64,000 bases of DNA from Ichthyobacteriaceae bacterium (GCA_016744755.1 JADGDT010000006.1:2066-66065), one strand, 5' to 3'. Positions 1-10,282 are shown, counted from the stretch's first letter. Program-made: numbers and translations. The notes: generated by a model from the letters alone, not told the origin.

Positions 1-1
1 T

Positions 2-1102
2 AAAAATATAGAAAAAGTATATGCTCAGGCTGGAGAAGAATTCAATTTGAGTTCTCCAAAGCAAATTGGAGATATTCTTTTCGGAAAACTACAATTAGTA
101 GAGAAACCTAAAAAAACTAAAACAGGACAGTTCCAAACTAACGAGGCAATTTTATCTAAACTAGCATCTAAACACGAAATTGTACGTAATATTTTGGAAT
201 ATCGTTCTCTCGTAAAGTTGAAATCTACGTACGTTGATGCTTTACCAAGAGAGATACAAAAAACTACTGGTAGAGTTCATACTTCCTACAGTCAAACTAC
301 TGCTGCTACAGGTAGGTTGAGTTCTAATAATCCGAACTTACAGAATATTCCAATAAGAACTGAGAAAGGAAAATTAATTAGGAAAGCATTTATCCCTAGA
401 GATGAGAATCACGTTCTACTAGCTGCCGATTATTCGCAAATTGAATTGCGTTTGATTGCCGAGATGAGTAAAGACTCTGAGATGGTGAAATCGTTTATGA
501 ACAACGAAGATATTCATGCTGCAACAGCCTCCAAAATTTTTAATGTACCTATTGAAGAAGTTACCCGAGAGCAACGTGGCAATGCCAAAACAGTAAACTT
601 CGGAATTATTTACGGTGTATCTGCATTCGGCTTGAGTGAGCAAACAAACCTCAGCCGTAGAGAATCAGCAGAAATGATAGAGTCTTACTACGAAACATAT
701 TCTAGTTTGAAATCGTTTATGGACAAACAAATAAATTTTGCAAGAGAACACGGTTATGTAGAAACTATTTTCGGACGTAGAAGGTATCTTGCCGATATAA
801 ATTCTCGTAACGGAATGGTGAGATCTGGAGCAGAACGTAATGCTGTGAATGCTCCTATACAAGGAGGCTCAGCCGATATTATAAAAATTGCGATGATAAA
901 CATCAAAAAACGATTTGAGGAAGAAGGTATAAAATCAAAAATGCTACTTCAAGTACATGATGAACTTGTTTTTGATGCTCTAAAAAGTGAATTAGAAATA
1001 ATTAAACCCATCATAAAATACGAAATGGAAAATGCTGTAAAAACAGAAGTTCCATTAATTGTTGATATGGGAATGGGAGAGAATTGGCTTGAAGCTCATT
1101 AA
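2..1102 (+). CDS. polA: DNA polymerase I, C-terminal polymerase domain (the 5' part lies outside the window)
   Basis: The frame is open from nt 2, so the TTG at 47 in the track is internal. Family-A polymerase motifs are visible: DYSQIELR, RGNAKTVNFGIIYG and QVHDELVF. Confidence 0.95.
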   Translation, partial: KNIEKVYAQAGEEFNLSSPKQIGDILFGKLQLVEKPKKTKTGQFQTNEAILSKLASKHEIVRNILEYRSLVKLKSTYVDALPREIQKTTGRVHTSYSQTTAATGRLSSNNPNLQNIPIRTEKGKLIRKAFIPRDENHVLLAADYSQIELRLIAEMSKDSEMVKSFMNNEDIHAATASKIFNVPIEEVTREQRGNAKTVNFGIIYGVSAFGLSEQTNLSRRESAEMIESYYETYSSLKSFMDKQINFAREHGYVETIFGRRRYLADINSRNGMVRSGAERNAVNAPIQGGSADIIKIAMINIKKRFEEEGIKSKMLLQVHDELVFDALKSELEIIKPIIKYEMENAVKTEVPLIVDMGMGENWLEAH

Positions 1103-1390
1103 CGTTTAACTGTTTAATCGTTGAGCTGTTTAACTGAAAGATTATTAGACCTCGAAGTGTCGTAGATCTGCGAGTGTCGGGTTATTGTTTAAGATTTTTA
1201 ATTCTATATATCCTTAACTTCTTAATTGTAGAAAAAGGGAAACATTAAGGGATTAAGAAGCATTAAGCTTAATGTCTTAAAAAATCATAACTTCTTAATG
1301 GGTAAAAAAAACAAAACATTAAGTAATTTAAGAGTCATTAAATTTTCTTAAATAACCTTAACTTATTAATGGTAAATAAAATATAAAATC

Positions 1391-2548
1391 ATGGATAATT
1401 TCGAATTATACAACCCCGTAAAGTTAATTTTTGGGAAAGGTGAGATTGCTAAAATTTCTACTAATATTCCTAGCAATGCAAAAGTATTACTAACCTACGG
1501 AGGTGGTAGTATCAAAAAGAATGGAGTTTACGATCAAGTAATTTCAGCATTGAAAGGTTATAAAGTTATTGAGTTTGGAGGCATAGAGGCCAATCCTCAG
1601 TTTTCTACTGCAATGAAAGCTGTAGAGGTTGCTAGAAAAGAAAATATTGATTTCATACTTGCCGTTGGTGGTGGATCTGTAGTTGATGCTAGTAAGTTTA
1701 TTTCTGTTGCTATCGATTTCAGTGGAGACGAATGGGACATCCTATCTAAGGGAGCCAATATTAATCATGGAGTTCCTTTAGGTACGGTTTTAACTCTACC
1801 AGCAACAGGATCTGAAATGAATTCGGGAGCTGTAATTTCTCGTAAAGAACTGAATGAAAAACGTGCTTTTGGTAGTCCGTATTGTTTCCCTAAATTTTCT
1901 ATTCTTGATCCTACTGTAGTAGCATCATTACCAAAACGCCAATTAGTAAATGGTGTTGTTGATGCTTTTGTACATACTATAGAACAATACATTACTTACC
2001 CAAACAATGCTCCACTACAAGACAGAATTGCTGAGGGAATTTTACAGACACTTATAGAAATTGGTTCCGATGTAATTGATAATCCTTCTGATTACGACCT
2101 TGCCTCAAACTTAATGTGGAGTGCAACTATGGCACTAAACGGCTTGATTGGAAAAGGTGTTCCTAATGATTGGGGAACTCACATGATTGGCCATGAATTA
2201 ACTGCACTTTTCGGTATAGATCACGGACAAACTTTAGCCATTATTGGCCCTAATCTTTACACAAAACTTATTGATTCTAAAAAAGAAAAACTAGCTCAAT
2301 TCGGAAGAAGAGTTTTCAACCTTGAAGGTGATAATGATTTGGAAGTAGCTAAGCAAGCAATTGAAAAAATGCAAGAATTCTACACTAGTTTAGGTATGAA
2401 AACAAAAATATCAGAACTAGCAGATAATGCAGAAATAGCACCACAGATTATTAACGATAGATTTATAGATAGAAACTGGCTTAAACTTGGAGAAAAAGGA
2501 CTTATAACTCCTAAAGTAGCAAAGGAAATAGTTGAGATGAGTTTGTAA
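1391..2548 (+). CDS. Iron-containing alcohol dehydrogenase (YqhD/butanol dehydrogenase-like)
   Basis: 385 aa. It has the GGGSVVDASKF nucleotide/metal motif and the His cluster THMIGHELTALFGIDHG typical of group III Fe-ADHs. Confidence 0.9.
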   Translation: MDNFELYNPVKLIFGKGEIAKISTNIPSNAKVLLTYGGGSIKKNGVYDQVISALKGYKVIEFGGIEANPQFSTAMKAVEVARKENIDFILAVGGGSVVDASKFISVAIDFSGDEWDILSKGANINHGVPLGTVLTLPATGSEMNSGAVISRKELNEKRAFGSPYCFPKFSILDPTVVASLPKRQLVNGVVDAFVHTIEQYITYPNNAPLQDRIAEGILQTLIEIGSDVIDNPSDYDLASNLMWSATMALNGLIGKGVPNDWGTHMIGHELTALFGIDHGQTLAIIGPNLYTKLIDSKKEKLAQFGRRVFNLEGDNDLEVAKQAIEKMQEFYTSLGMKTKISELADNAEIAPQIINDRFIDRNWLKLGEKGLITPKVAKEIVEMSL

Positions 2549-2554
2549 AAGTAA

Positions 2555-3283
2555 ATGGCACTAATCACAAAAAAAATACTATATATTACCTTATTCTATG
2601 TAATTGCTACTGCACTTAGATATTATTTCTATGTTCTGAAACCAGACTTTTTATATATCCTTAATGATGATATTTATGGATTATTGACAGGAATTGGTCC
2701 TTTAATTGGAGGATTGGTTCTGGTTAAAATATTTAATAGAGATAATGAAATAATGCTATGGAGTTTTGGAGTTTGGCAGACAAGTGTTCTTTTTTTAGTT
2801 CCAGTTATTTTATTTTTCTTTTTAGGTTTTCTTAATTATAATCAACCAAATTATTCTTCTTTAAAAATAGTTGGGCTTGCAGTAATCTACGCATGCTTTG
2901 AAGAATATGGATGGAGAGGATATTTACAAACAGAGTTAAAAGGATTAAATAAGTTTTTCAAATACTTTTTAATAAGTGTTTTATGGTTTTTTTGGCATTT
3001 TGATTTTAATTATATTTTTGATTTTCAATTCATTATCAATTTTGCACTAATCTTGGGAGGGTCTATTGGAATGGGATTTATTGCCGATAAATCAAAATCA
3101 CTAATTCTTGTGGCTCTATTTCATGCATTTATCAATATTTTAATTCAAGATAATTTTGGTAAAGGGTTACAAAAACCAATAATTTTAATTATTAGTGGAA
3201 TATCTATAATTATATGGATGATAATAAAAGGTAAAAAGGATAAAAATTATCTATTATTACAAACAAAAGTGCCTAAAGCTTAA
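2555..3283 (+). CDS. CPBP family intramembrane metalloprotease (CAAX protease-like)
   Basis: Polytopic membrane protein carrying the EEYGWRGY (EExxxR), FWH and HAFIN (HxxxN) motifs. Confidence 0.75.
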   Translation: MALITKKILYITLFYVIATALRYYFYVLKPDFLYILNDDIYGLLTGIGPLIGGLVLVKIFNRDNEIMLWSFGVWQTSVLFLVPVILFFFLGFLNYNQPNYSSLKIVGLAVIYACFEEYGWRGYLQTELKGLNKFFKYFLISVLWFFWHFDFNYIFDFQFIINFALILGGSIGMGFIADKSKSLILVALFHAFINILIQDNFGKGLQKPIILIISGISIIIWMIIKGKKDKNYLLLQTKVPKA

Positions 3284-3324
3284 AAAACTCTAGGCACTTT
3301 TTAAATTTTAAATACTCTACACTT

Positions 3325-5376
3325 TTACTTCTTCAACCACTCATCTAGCCATTTGAAATACTCTGTATGCCAGATTATTCCATTCTGAGGTTGTAACACC
3401 CAGTGTCCTTCTTCGGGAAAAGAAATTAACCTTGAAGGAATTCCCATAAGTTGCGCAGCGTTAAAAGCTTGCATACTTTGAGTTTCGGGAATACGGTAAT
3501 CTTTACCTCCACTAATAACCATTATTGGAGTATCCCATTTATCTAAATAGTTTGATGGATTATGTGCCCCATAACTGTTAGACTTATTCTTACCATCCCA
3601 AAAATTACCACCTAAATCATAATTTGCAAAAAACATTTCTTCAGTTGACAAATACCAGCTTCTAGTATCGAAAGTACCACAGTGAGAAATAAAAGTAGCA
3701 AAACGATTCTCGTGAATACCTGCAAGCATAAATACCGAGTACCCTCCGTAAGATGCACCTACAGCTCCAATTCTGCTGTTATCAACCCAAACTTCTTTTT
3801 TTACATCATCAACAGCAGACAAGTAATCTCTCATAGCCTGACCTCCCCAATCACCAGAAATCTGTTTGTTCCACTCAACACCAAAAGTTGGTAAACCTCT
3901 ACGATTTGGAGCAATAACAACATACCCTTGAGATGCCATTAATGAGAAATTCCAACGGAAAGAGTAAGATTGCGAAATAGCTCCTTGTGGTCCTCCTTGA
4001 GCGTAAAAAATTGCAGGATATCTTTTTGTAGCATCAAAATTTGGAGGAAGTATAACCCAAACTAACATTTCTTTTCCATCGGTAGTTTTTACCCAACGCT
4101 TAGTCACTTTTGGTAGAACTAAACTAGCGTAAACCTCATCGTTAATATGAGTAAGTTGTGTTTCTTCTCCTTTTTTAATATCAAAAGTATAAACCTCGTT
4201 AGCGTGGTTCATATCTTTTTTTCTTGCAAATAAAGTTTTACTAGTGGCCGTTATTCCCCTAATATCATGAATACCATCTGTAATTTGAGTAATTTGTTTC
4301 TTAGTATTCACTACACCTAAATTCTTGTTCAATTTTAAAGAAAAAATTTGGTAAGTAGCATGCACTCCAGCTCCAAAATAAATATTTTTACCCTTTGCTC
4401 CCCAAGTAAATTCCGATACAGTCTCATCCCACTTTGCAGTTTGATTATATTTTTCACCCGATTTCAAATCCATGATAATAATATCATTCTTATCAGCCTC
4501 ATAACCGTCAGTAGCCATACTCAACCAAGCAAGTTTTGTTCCATCAGGACTAAATGCGGGTGCAGTATCGTAACCCATCATGCCTTCTGTAAGGTTCTTT
4601 GTATTTCTAGAAAAAAGGTTGTATTCGTAGAGTTCAGTATTTGTACTTATAGCATATTCTTTACCATAAAGTTTCTTAGAAACATAAATTACCTTTTTGC
4701 TATCAGGGCTCCAAATAACATCTTCCGATCCTCCAAAAGGCTCCATAGGGCAATCGAATTTTTCGTCTTTCATTATATCTTTAGCTTCGCCTGTAATTTT
4801 TGTACCATCAAAAGAGGCTACAAAAACGTGAGAAAACTTATCGTCGGTCCAATGATCCCAATGACGGTACATTAAATCATCAATAATCTTAACATTTGCC
4901 TTTTCGTACTGAGGATATAAATCGGCAGTAGTTTTTAAAATTTTAACGTTTTGTGTATATAGTATATTTTTGCCATCAGGAGATATTTTGTAGTTTGACG
5001 CTCCACCATCAATATTGGTAAGTTTGGTTTTAGAGCTACCATTGGCATTCATTACCCAAAGTTGACCTGATTTCTGAAAGAATATTTTCTTTCCATTATC
5101 AGAATAAATTGCACTGTGCTCACTCCCTAACTCATCAGTTAATTGAGTAACTTTTTGCGTTTTTACATTTACACTGTAAAGGTTTTTTTCTCCTTTGTTT
5201 TTGTCTAAGTCGTAGTAAGTAACTCCGTAAATAACATCTGCTCCATCAGAAGATACATCTTGTAAACTTACTCTACCAAGCTTCCAAAGTAACTCGGGTG
5301 TAAGTGTGTTTTGTGCTTTAATATTAACATTGAAAAATGCTAAAATAACTGCACTTAATAATATTCTTTTAATCAT
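3325..5376 (-). CDS. S9 family serine peptidase (prolyl oligopeptidase/dipeptidyl peptidase-like) with an N-terminal beta-propeller
   Basis: Signal peptide, PD40-like repeats (SPDGKNILY, SPDSKKVIY, SPDGTKLAW), the nucleophile motif GASYGGY, then a later GGKDYRIP Asp and EEGHW His. Confidence 0.9.
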   Translation of the reverse strand: MIKRILLSAVILAFFNVNIKAQNTLTPELLWKLGRVSLQDVSSDGADVIYGVTYYDLDKNKGEKNLYSVNVKTQKVTQLTDELGSEHSAIYSDNGKKIFFQKSGQLWVMNANGSSKTKLTNIDGGASNYKISPDGKNILYTQNVKILKTTADLYPQYEKANVKIIDDLMYRHWDHWTDDKFSHVFVASFDGTKITGEAKDIMKDEKFDCPMEPFGGSEDVIWSPDSKKVIYVSKKLYGKEYAISTNTELYEYNLFSRNTKNLTEGMMGYDTAPAFSPDGTKLAWLSMATDGYEADKNDIIIMDLKSGEKYNQTAKWDETVSEFTWGAKGKNIYFGAGVHATYQIFSLKLNKNLGVVNTKKQITQITDGIHDIRGITATSKTLFARKKDMNHANEVYTFDIKKGEETQLTHINDEVYASLVLPKVTKRWVKTTDGKEMLVWVILPPNFDATKRYPAIFYAQGGPQGAISQSYSFRWNFSLMASQGYVVIAPNRRGLPTFGVEWNKQISGDWGGQAMRDYLSAVDDVKKEVWVDNSRIGAVGASYGGYSVFMLAGIHENRFATFISHCGTFDTRSWYLSTEEMFFANYDLGGNFWDGKNKSNSYGAHNPSNYLDKWDTPIMVISGGKDYRIPETQSMQAFNAAQLMGIPSRLISFPEEGHWVLQPQNGIIWHTEYFKWLDEWLKK

Positions 5377-5403
5377 CGTTTATTTATTAAATTGTTAGCT
5401 ACG

Positions 5404-5411
5404 CAAATGTA
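5404..5411 (-). promoter_or_regulatory. Bacteroidota -7 promoter box (TACATTTG on the minus strand) for the S9 peptidase gene
   Basis: Exact TAnnTTTG match 28 nt upstream of the ATG at 5376. Confidence 0.45.
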
Positions 5412-5843
5412 GTAAAATATGTTTGTGATTTAATAATTTTGTACGCATCAACCAAGGCAAACTCAGCAACTATTTAATAAAAATTACCTTATTTATAAAT
5501 GAAATTTAAACACTCCATCCTTAACGGTAAGTTAAGTAGGATTTAGTTCTAAATACCATCACAAATAATACAGTCTTTAATACTAATTCAGTTTTTATAA
5601 TTCTGTGCCAATTCCCACTTTACGCTTTTAGTCCTCAATGGCAACCCTATTCACAAACACGTTAGGCAGGTCTTTTGCCAAAAAGCAAAAGCCAGCCTAG
5701 CATGTTGTTCATTAGTATTCCCATTTCTGGGCTAACACTACAATTGGGGGCATAAAAGTAAAAAGTGATAATTATTCCTTTTGGCATACTTCTAAAAACA
5801 CTAAATTTACTCACTTATTAACCATATTTTCAAAAAAAAACTT

Positions 5844-7094
5844 ATGAAATTTTTAAAACTATCTCTAGTCGCGTTACTTCTGTCGTTAACACAAGTATCG
5901 TGTGACCCTGACAAAGAAGAGGCTAAACTTGAGCCAACTACTGTTGAAGAAGGTAAAAGTCTAATTGAAAGTTCTGCAATAGATTTACTTAGCGAAGTAG
6001 ATGACTTCAAAAATGATGCTGCCGTAAACGAACTTTACGATCTTGCAAAGGAAATAGGCGCTAGACCTTCGGCAAATAAACAACCAACATTTTTATTCAA
6101 TTCTTTATTGAACGATGTAGTAATGATTAAAGAAGGGAAGATGGATATCACTAGCCTTTCTAAAAATCATACTATAGCAAACATTAACGTAGAAGAACCT
6201 ACCAATTTTCAAGATGAATACAATGAGGCAAAAGGAATTTACGAATGGAGTGAGATTGAAGGGGATTTTGTAAAAACAGAATCAAGCGATAATATTGTTC
6301 TTATTGTTGATTATACCGTAAAAGGTAAAAATAAACAAGCTAAACTTGTTGCTTCTAATTTTTCTTCTGAATATTTGAATTCTGAAATTCAAGTTGTTAA
6401 TTCATTAAATGTTGTATTTACTATAAATTTGAAAGAATTAATGTCTTATTCTTTTAGTTCTGAATTTGATAGATACCTTCCAAAATCTATTGTTTCTAAA
6501 TATAAACTTGGTGCTTTAAGCTTTACTGAAACTTTTAGTAACTCTTCTAATAAAGAGCTTAAAAATGAAACTGATATTTCTATTAATGGGAAATCTCTTA
6601 TCAATTACTCTGGTTCTGTAACTGGCGATTTTAGCGAGTTAAACGCACAAGGAGAAGATTACGAAGTTGAGGAAGGTGATATTCCAGTAGATAAATCTAG
6701 CATGGCATTAACAGTTTTTGAAATAAAAATTGCTGGCGATGTAGATTACAAATCGTTAAATGAAGATATGAAAGATTTATCTGACGATTCAAAAATAGAA
6801 GATTTAGTAGAGTTGTTAAATAACAATACATCTATTGTAGTTTCTAGTGGTAATAAAGAAATAGCAAAAGCAGTATTCTTTGTAGGTACTTATGAATATA
6901 ATGATTGGATTTGGGATAACGATAAGCAAGAGTATAAGGAAGTTACAATTACAGAAGAAGAAATTGATATTCACTTTGTATTTAGCGATGATTCAATAGC
7001 CGATTTTGAAACTTACTTTGGAGAAAACTTCTCTAGTGTAGAAGATAAATTGAATACTGTAATAGAAAATTATATTTCTAAGTTTGAAAACTAG
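5844..7094 (+). CDS. Hypothetical acidic lipoprotein
   Basis: Signal peptide ending in a lipobox-like LTQVSC. 416 aa and Asp/Glu/Ser/Asn-rich, with no recognisable catalytic motif. A near-consensus -7 box (TAAATTTA) sits at 5802-5809. Confidence 0.6.
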   Translation: MKFLKLSLVALLLSLTQVSCDPDKEEAKLEPTTVEEGKSLIESSAIDLLSEVDDFKNDAAVNELYDLAKEIGARPSANKQPTFLFNSLLNDVVMIKEGKMDITSLSKNHTIANINVEEPTNFQDEYNEAKGIYEWSEIEGDFVKTESSDNIVLIVDYTVKGKNKQAKLVASNFSSEYLNSEIQVVNSLNVVFTINLKELMSYSFSSEFDRYLPKSIVSKYKLGALSFTETFSNSSNKELKNETDISINGKSLINYSGSVTGDFSELNAQGEDYEVEEGDIPVDKSSMALTVFEIKIAGDVDYKSLNEDMKDLSDDSKIEDLVELLNNNTSIVVSSGNKEIAKAVFFVGTYEYNDWIWDNDKQEYKEVTITEEEIDIHFVFSDDSIADFETYFGENFSSVEDKLNTVIENYISKFEN

Positions 7095-7122
7095 TATTTA
7101 ATTTTTATTTGATCTAATTATT

Positions 7123-7155
7123 AAGCCATCTTACTTTTTGTAAGGTGGCTTTTTA
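7123..7155. terminator. Hairpin between convergent genes, probably a bidirectional terminator
   Basis: AAGCCATCTTAC / GTAAGGTGGCTT stem (one G-T pair) followed by TTTT. It overlaps the stop of the minus-strand gene. Confidence 0.55.
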
Positions 7156-7983
7156 TTTTACAACTACCCTGTAGGACGATGTGTTTTGTCCTCCCCAATA
7201 CCCAAATGCACCATCTATATTTGATGGTATTTCTTCTGAGAAAGTTTTCATATTTAGTAGCCTTGTTTTATCTCCTTTTATACTCTTCCAGAAAACATAT
7301 TCCTCTTTTGTTATTCGTTGAAGTTTTATGTAAACCACCTCTCCTAGAATATAGCGATAATCATCACCATCATAATTGTATTTCACAAAAATATTAATCT
7401 CAGTATTATCGGTATTTTCATTTGTAAAAATAGGAGGCTCCGGAAAAATATATTTAGGATAGATACTATCTCGCTTAATTAGTAATTTAAAGTATTTAAC
7501 CATACTTGGAATAGCATTGTCAACTATTATATTTAATTCTCTTAAAGAGTCTGTTAAATCTCCTTCTACAGGGTTAAATATAATGCTATTAATTAATGAT
7601 TTGCTTGGCACTGTAGTTTCAGAAAAATAGCTCTTTCCGCTTAAATCTATTTGTAAAGTATAATTTCTCCCTACTTCTCCTTTAAGATTATTTGATTTAT
7701 AATATAGCATTGGGTAGTGTTCATCATCACGTTTTAAACTAAGAACTTCTGTTATATCTCCATTGCTGATTATCACTTTTGCATGCGATTCTATATTCTT
7801 AATTAACGCTATACTATCTATAACACCTTCTATTGGCAAACTTTTAGTAAGATAAACTCTTGCTTGCTTTCCATTCTCTATATATGCTTCAACAGTTAAT
7901 GATTCTTCGTAAGAAGAGTCTATTTGAAAATCGTTACACGAAACAGAAATAATAATTAATATAAAAATATATAATGTTTTCAT
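7153..7983 (-). CDS. Lipoprotein partner of the upstream TonB-dependent receptor (DUF4249-like)
   Basis: Lipoprotein signal MKTLYIFILIIISVSC. 276 aa, starting 16 nt after the receptor stop. This size and position are typical of the DUF4249 partner of CarboxypepD_reg-type receptors. The family assignment comes from context and memory, not from a search. Confidence 0.55.
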   Translation of the reverse strand: MKTLYIFILIIISVSCNDFQIDSSYEESLTVEAYIENGKQARVYLTKSLPIEGVIDSIALIKNIESHAKVIISNGDITEVLSLKRDDEHYPMLYYKSNNLKGEVGRNYTLQIDLSGKSYFSETTVPSKSLINSIIFNPVEGDLTDSLRELNIIVDNAIPSMVKYFKLLIKRDSIYPKYIFPEPPIFTNENTDNTEINIFVKYNYDGDDYRYILGEVVYIKLQRITKEEYVFWKSIKGDKTRLLNMKTFSEEIPSNIDGAFGYWGGQNTSSYRVVVK

Positions 7984-7999
7984 CAGTAATATTATCTAG

Positions 8000-10282
8000 T
8001 TAAAAAATTTCGAACATCCATGTAATGGTAGGCAGTATAGGAAACAATGTAGTTACTTGTTTTTCTATTTCTACTCCACCATCAGCTATATCACCTGTAA
8101 TAATATAGTCTATGTAAAAAGGATTCTTATTGTTGTAAAAATTATAAATAGTTAAATTCAGCTTAGATTTAAAATGTTTTCTATTCTCAAACTTGTATGT
8201 TACAGAAACATCTGCTCTGTGGTAGTTTGGGTATCGCTCCGAATTTTTATTACTATAGTTAACAACAACCGATTCGTTAATTATTCTAATATCTGTAGGA
8301 GCAGTGTAATTTTGTCCGCTTGTAAAAACAAATACTCCCGAGATATTAAGTTTATCTGTTATTTCGTAATTAATTAAAGCATTAAAATTATGGGGTCTAT
8401 CAAATGCCGATGAAAATGTATTTCCATCATTAATTTCATCAAAAATAGATATAGATTTTGATAGAGTGTAAGATGCCATTAAATTTATCTTATCTACTTT
8501 TTTTGAAACCGAGAACTCCAATCCAAAAGAGTGAGTTTCTCCAAACACCATATCGTCATACAAGTTTGGATTAAATAAATTATTAATTGAGCCATTCTTG
8601 AATTCACTCATATTCGATATTAATTTATAGTATGATTCTACCCCTAAATCAAATCCCTCTAACTTTTTATATGCACCTATACTTATCTGATTTACCTCTT
8701 GCGGAGCAATATCTATGGTGCTAGGCATGTAGAAATCTATTGGTAAACTCAACGATGCCATTGTTGCCTGATGAAAATATTGAAATATTCTATTGTATGA
8801 TAGTTTTAACGATGTGCTTCTGTCTAAAATATATCGTATGCTCAACCTTGGCTCTATACCGTAATAATACTTATTACTTAGTAAATTATTCTCTTCTTCT
8901 ATTTTTGTTCTTATAAAATTAGAGAATCTTAAACCTACATTTATTAGAAGGTCTTTTGTAACAGCAAACTCATCAGATATATAAAAACTAAAATCATGTG
9001 AATATAAAATGCCAGGATTTTCAACTTTCAATTTTCCTCCGTTCAAACTAGCACTAACTAGTTTAGGATTAATCTCGTTGTAATTATACTCTACACCAAA
9101 CTTGATTTTATTATTTTTTTGCTGAATAAAAGTTTGATTTTTGAATGAGTAAATATTTACATCTGAATCTATTGTATAAGTATAAGGGTAAGCTATCCCT
9201 TCGAAACTAAATTTGTAGTTTGACTTAGAAATAATTGTTTTACCAATAATATTATCTCTATAATAATGTTTCCATTCCAACCCCAATAAAGTATTTCCCC
9301 ATTGCATATCTTTATAACTATCTTCATTATTATCGCGATATAAGTCAAAAGTATTAAATGCTAAAAAAGAAATTTCATTTTTATTATTAATTCTAGTTTT
9401 TGTTTTAATAGTAAAATCGTAGAAATAATAATCTAGGTTGCCATTTAACATAGAGTTACTGCCATCATTACTAAATATTGGCTTTACCAGATCAAAATAA
9501 GTTCTTCTACCTGATATCTGAATATCAGTATTTATAGATTTAATTGGTTGTTTTATACTTATTTTACTGGAAATTAAGCCTATACTTCCTTTTGCAGTAA
9601 ATTCATCGGATGAGGGGTCTGTATTAACTGCAACTACCGATGATAGTTTGCCTCCATACTTTGCTGGTATCCCTGATTTATTAAAAGTTAAATCTCCAAT
9701 AATATCAGAATTTATTGCTGATAAAAAACCTCCAATGTGTGAGGTGTTGTGTAGGTAAATATCATCTATCAAAAAAAGATTCATACTATTATTACCGCCA
9801 CGTACAAACATTCCCGATTGTCCCTCTTTACCTTGCTGTACACCAGGTAAAAATTGTAGTAGTTTCACAATATCTTGCTCTCCAAATACAATTGGAAGAT
9901 TTTCAATATCCTTTGAATTTAATTTAATTTCTCCAGAATTAACATCTCTTAATCTATTATAACTGTCAACTACTACAGCACCCTCTAAAATATTTCCAGA
10001 AGGGTTTAATTTAATTAATAACTGTTTATTGTTAGTAATCTTTATCTTCTGTGTATTGTATCCAACAAAAGAAATTACCGCAGAATCTGGAAGGGTTACA
10101 TTTGATAAATTAAAACTACCTTCACGGTTAGAGTAAGCCCCATTTTTATTCTCAATAAGATAAATATTTGCTCCTTCAAGTGGTGTGTTTTCAGCATCAT
10201 TTATCACCCCATCAATACTATATACCTGAGAGGATACAGCAAAAGGGAAGCTTAGAAAAAATAAAAACATTATCTTTTTCAT
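8000..10282 (-). CDS. TonB-dependent receptor with an N-terminal carboxypeptidase-regulatory-like domain
   Basis: Signal peptide, a CarboxypepD_reg-like segment (GVINDAENTPLEGANIYL), a plug motif (PGVQQGKEGQSGMFVRGG), a long beta-barrel and a C-terminal Phe. Confidence 0.85.
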   Translation of the reverse strand: MKKIMFLFFLSFPFAVSSQVYSIDGVINDAENTPLEGANIYLIENKNGAYSNREGSFNLSNVTLPDSAVISFVGYNTQKIKITNNKQLLIKLNPSGNILEGAVVVDSYNRLRDVNSGEIKLNSKDIENLPIVFGEQDIVKLLQFLPGVQQGKEGQSGMFVRGGNNSMNLFLIDDIYLHNTSHIGGFLSAINSDIIGDLTFNKSGIPAKYGGKLSSVVAVNTDPSSDEFTAKGSIGLISSKISIKQPIKSINTDIQISGRRTYFDLVKPIFSNDGSNSMLNGNLDYYFYDFTIKTKTRINNKNEISFLAFNTFDLYRDNNEDSYKDMQWGNTLLGLEWKHYYRDNIIGKTIISKSNYKFSFEGIAYPYTYTIDSDVNIYSFKNQTFIQQKNNKIKFGVEYNYNEINPKLVSASLNGGKLKVENPGILYSHDFSFYISDEFAVTKDLLINVGLRFSNFIRTKIEEENNLLSNKYYYGIEPRLSIRYILDRSTSLKLSYNRIFQYFHQATMASLSLPIDFYMPSTIDIAPQEVNQISIGAYKKLEGFDLGVESYYKLISNMSEFKNGSINNLFNPNLYDDMVFGETHSFGLEFSVSKKVDKINLMASYTLSKSISIFDEINDGNTFSSAFDRPHNFNALINYEITDKLNISGVFVFTSGQNYTAPTDIRIINESVVVNYSNKNSERYPNYHRADVSVTYKFENRKHFKSKLNLTIYNFYNNKNPFYIDYIITGDIADGGVEIEKQVTTLFPILPTITWMFEIF

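Noticed and set aside
419-862. Antisense ORFs inside polA (419-643 and 665-862, minus strand). The same type occurs elsewhere, e.g. 1765-1992, 3682-3894, 4348-4875, 8174-8377, 9715-9927, 13644-13895, 14384-14608, 19969-20254, 27348-27712, 43099-43580, 44730-45218, 47240-47594, 49018-49425, 53113-53351, 54851-55060, 55437-55751, 59365-59604 and 60478-60871.
   Set aside because: These are shadow ORFs lying entirely within, and antisense or out of frame to, genes with strong motif support. Their translations are low-complexity with no signals or motifs.
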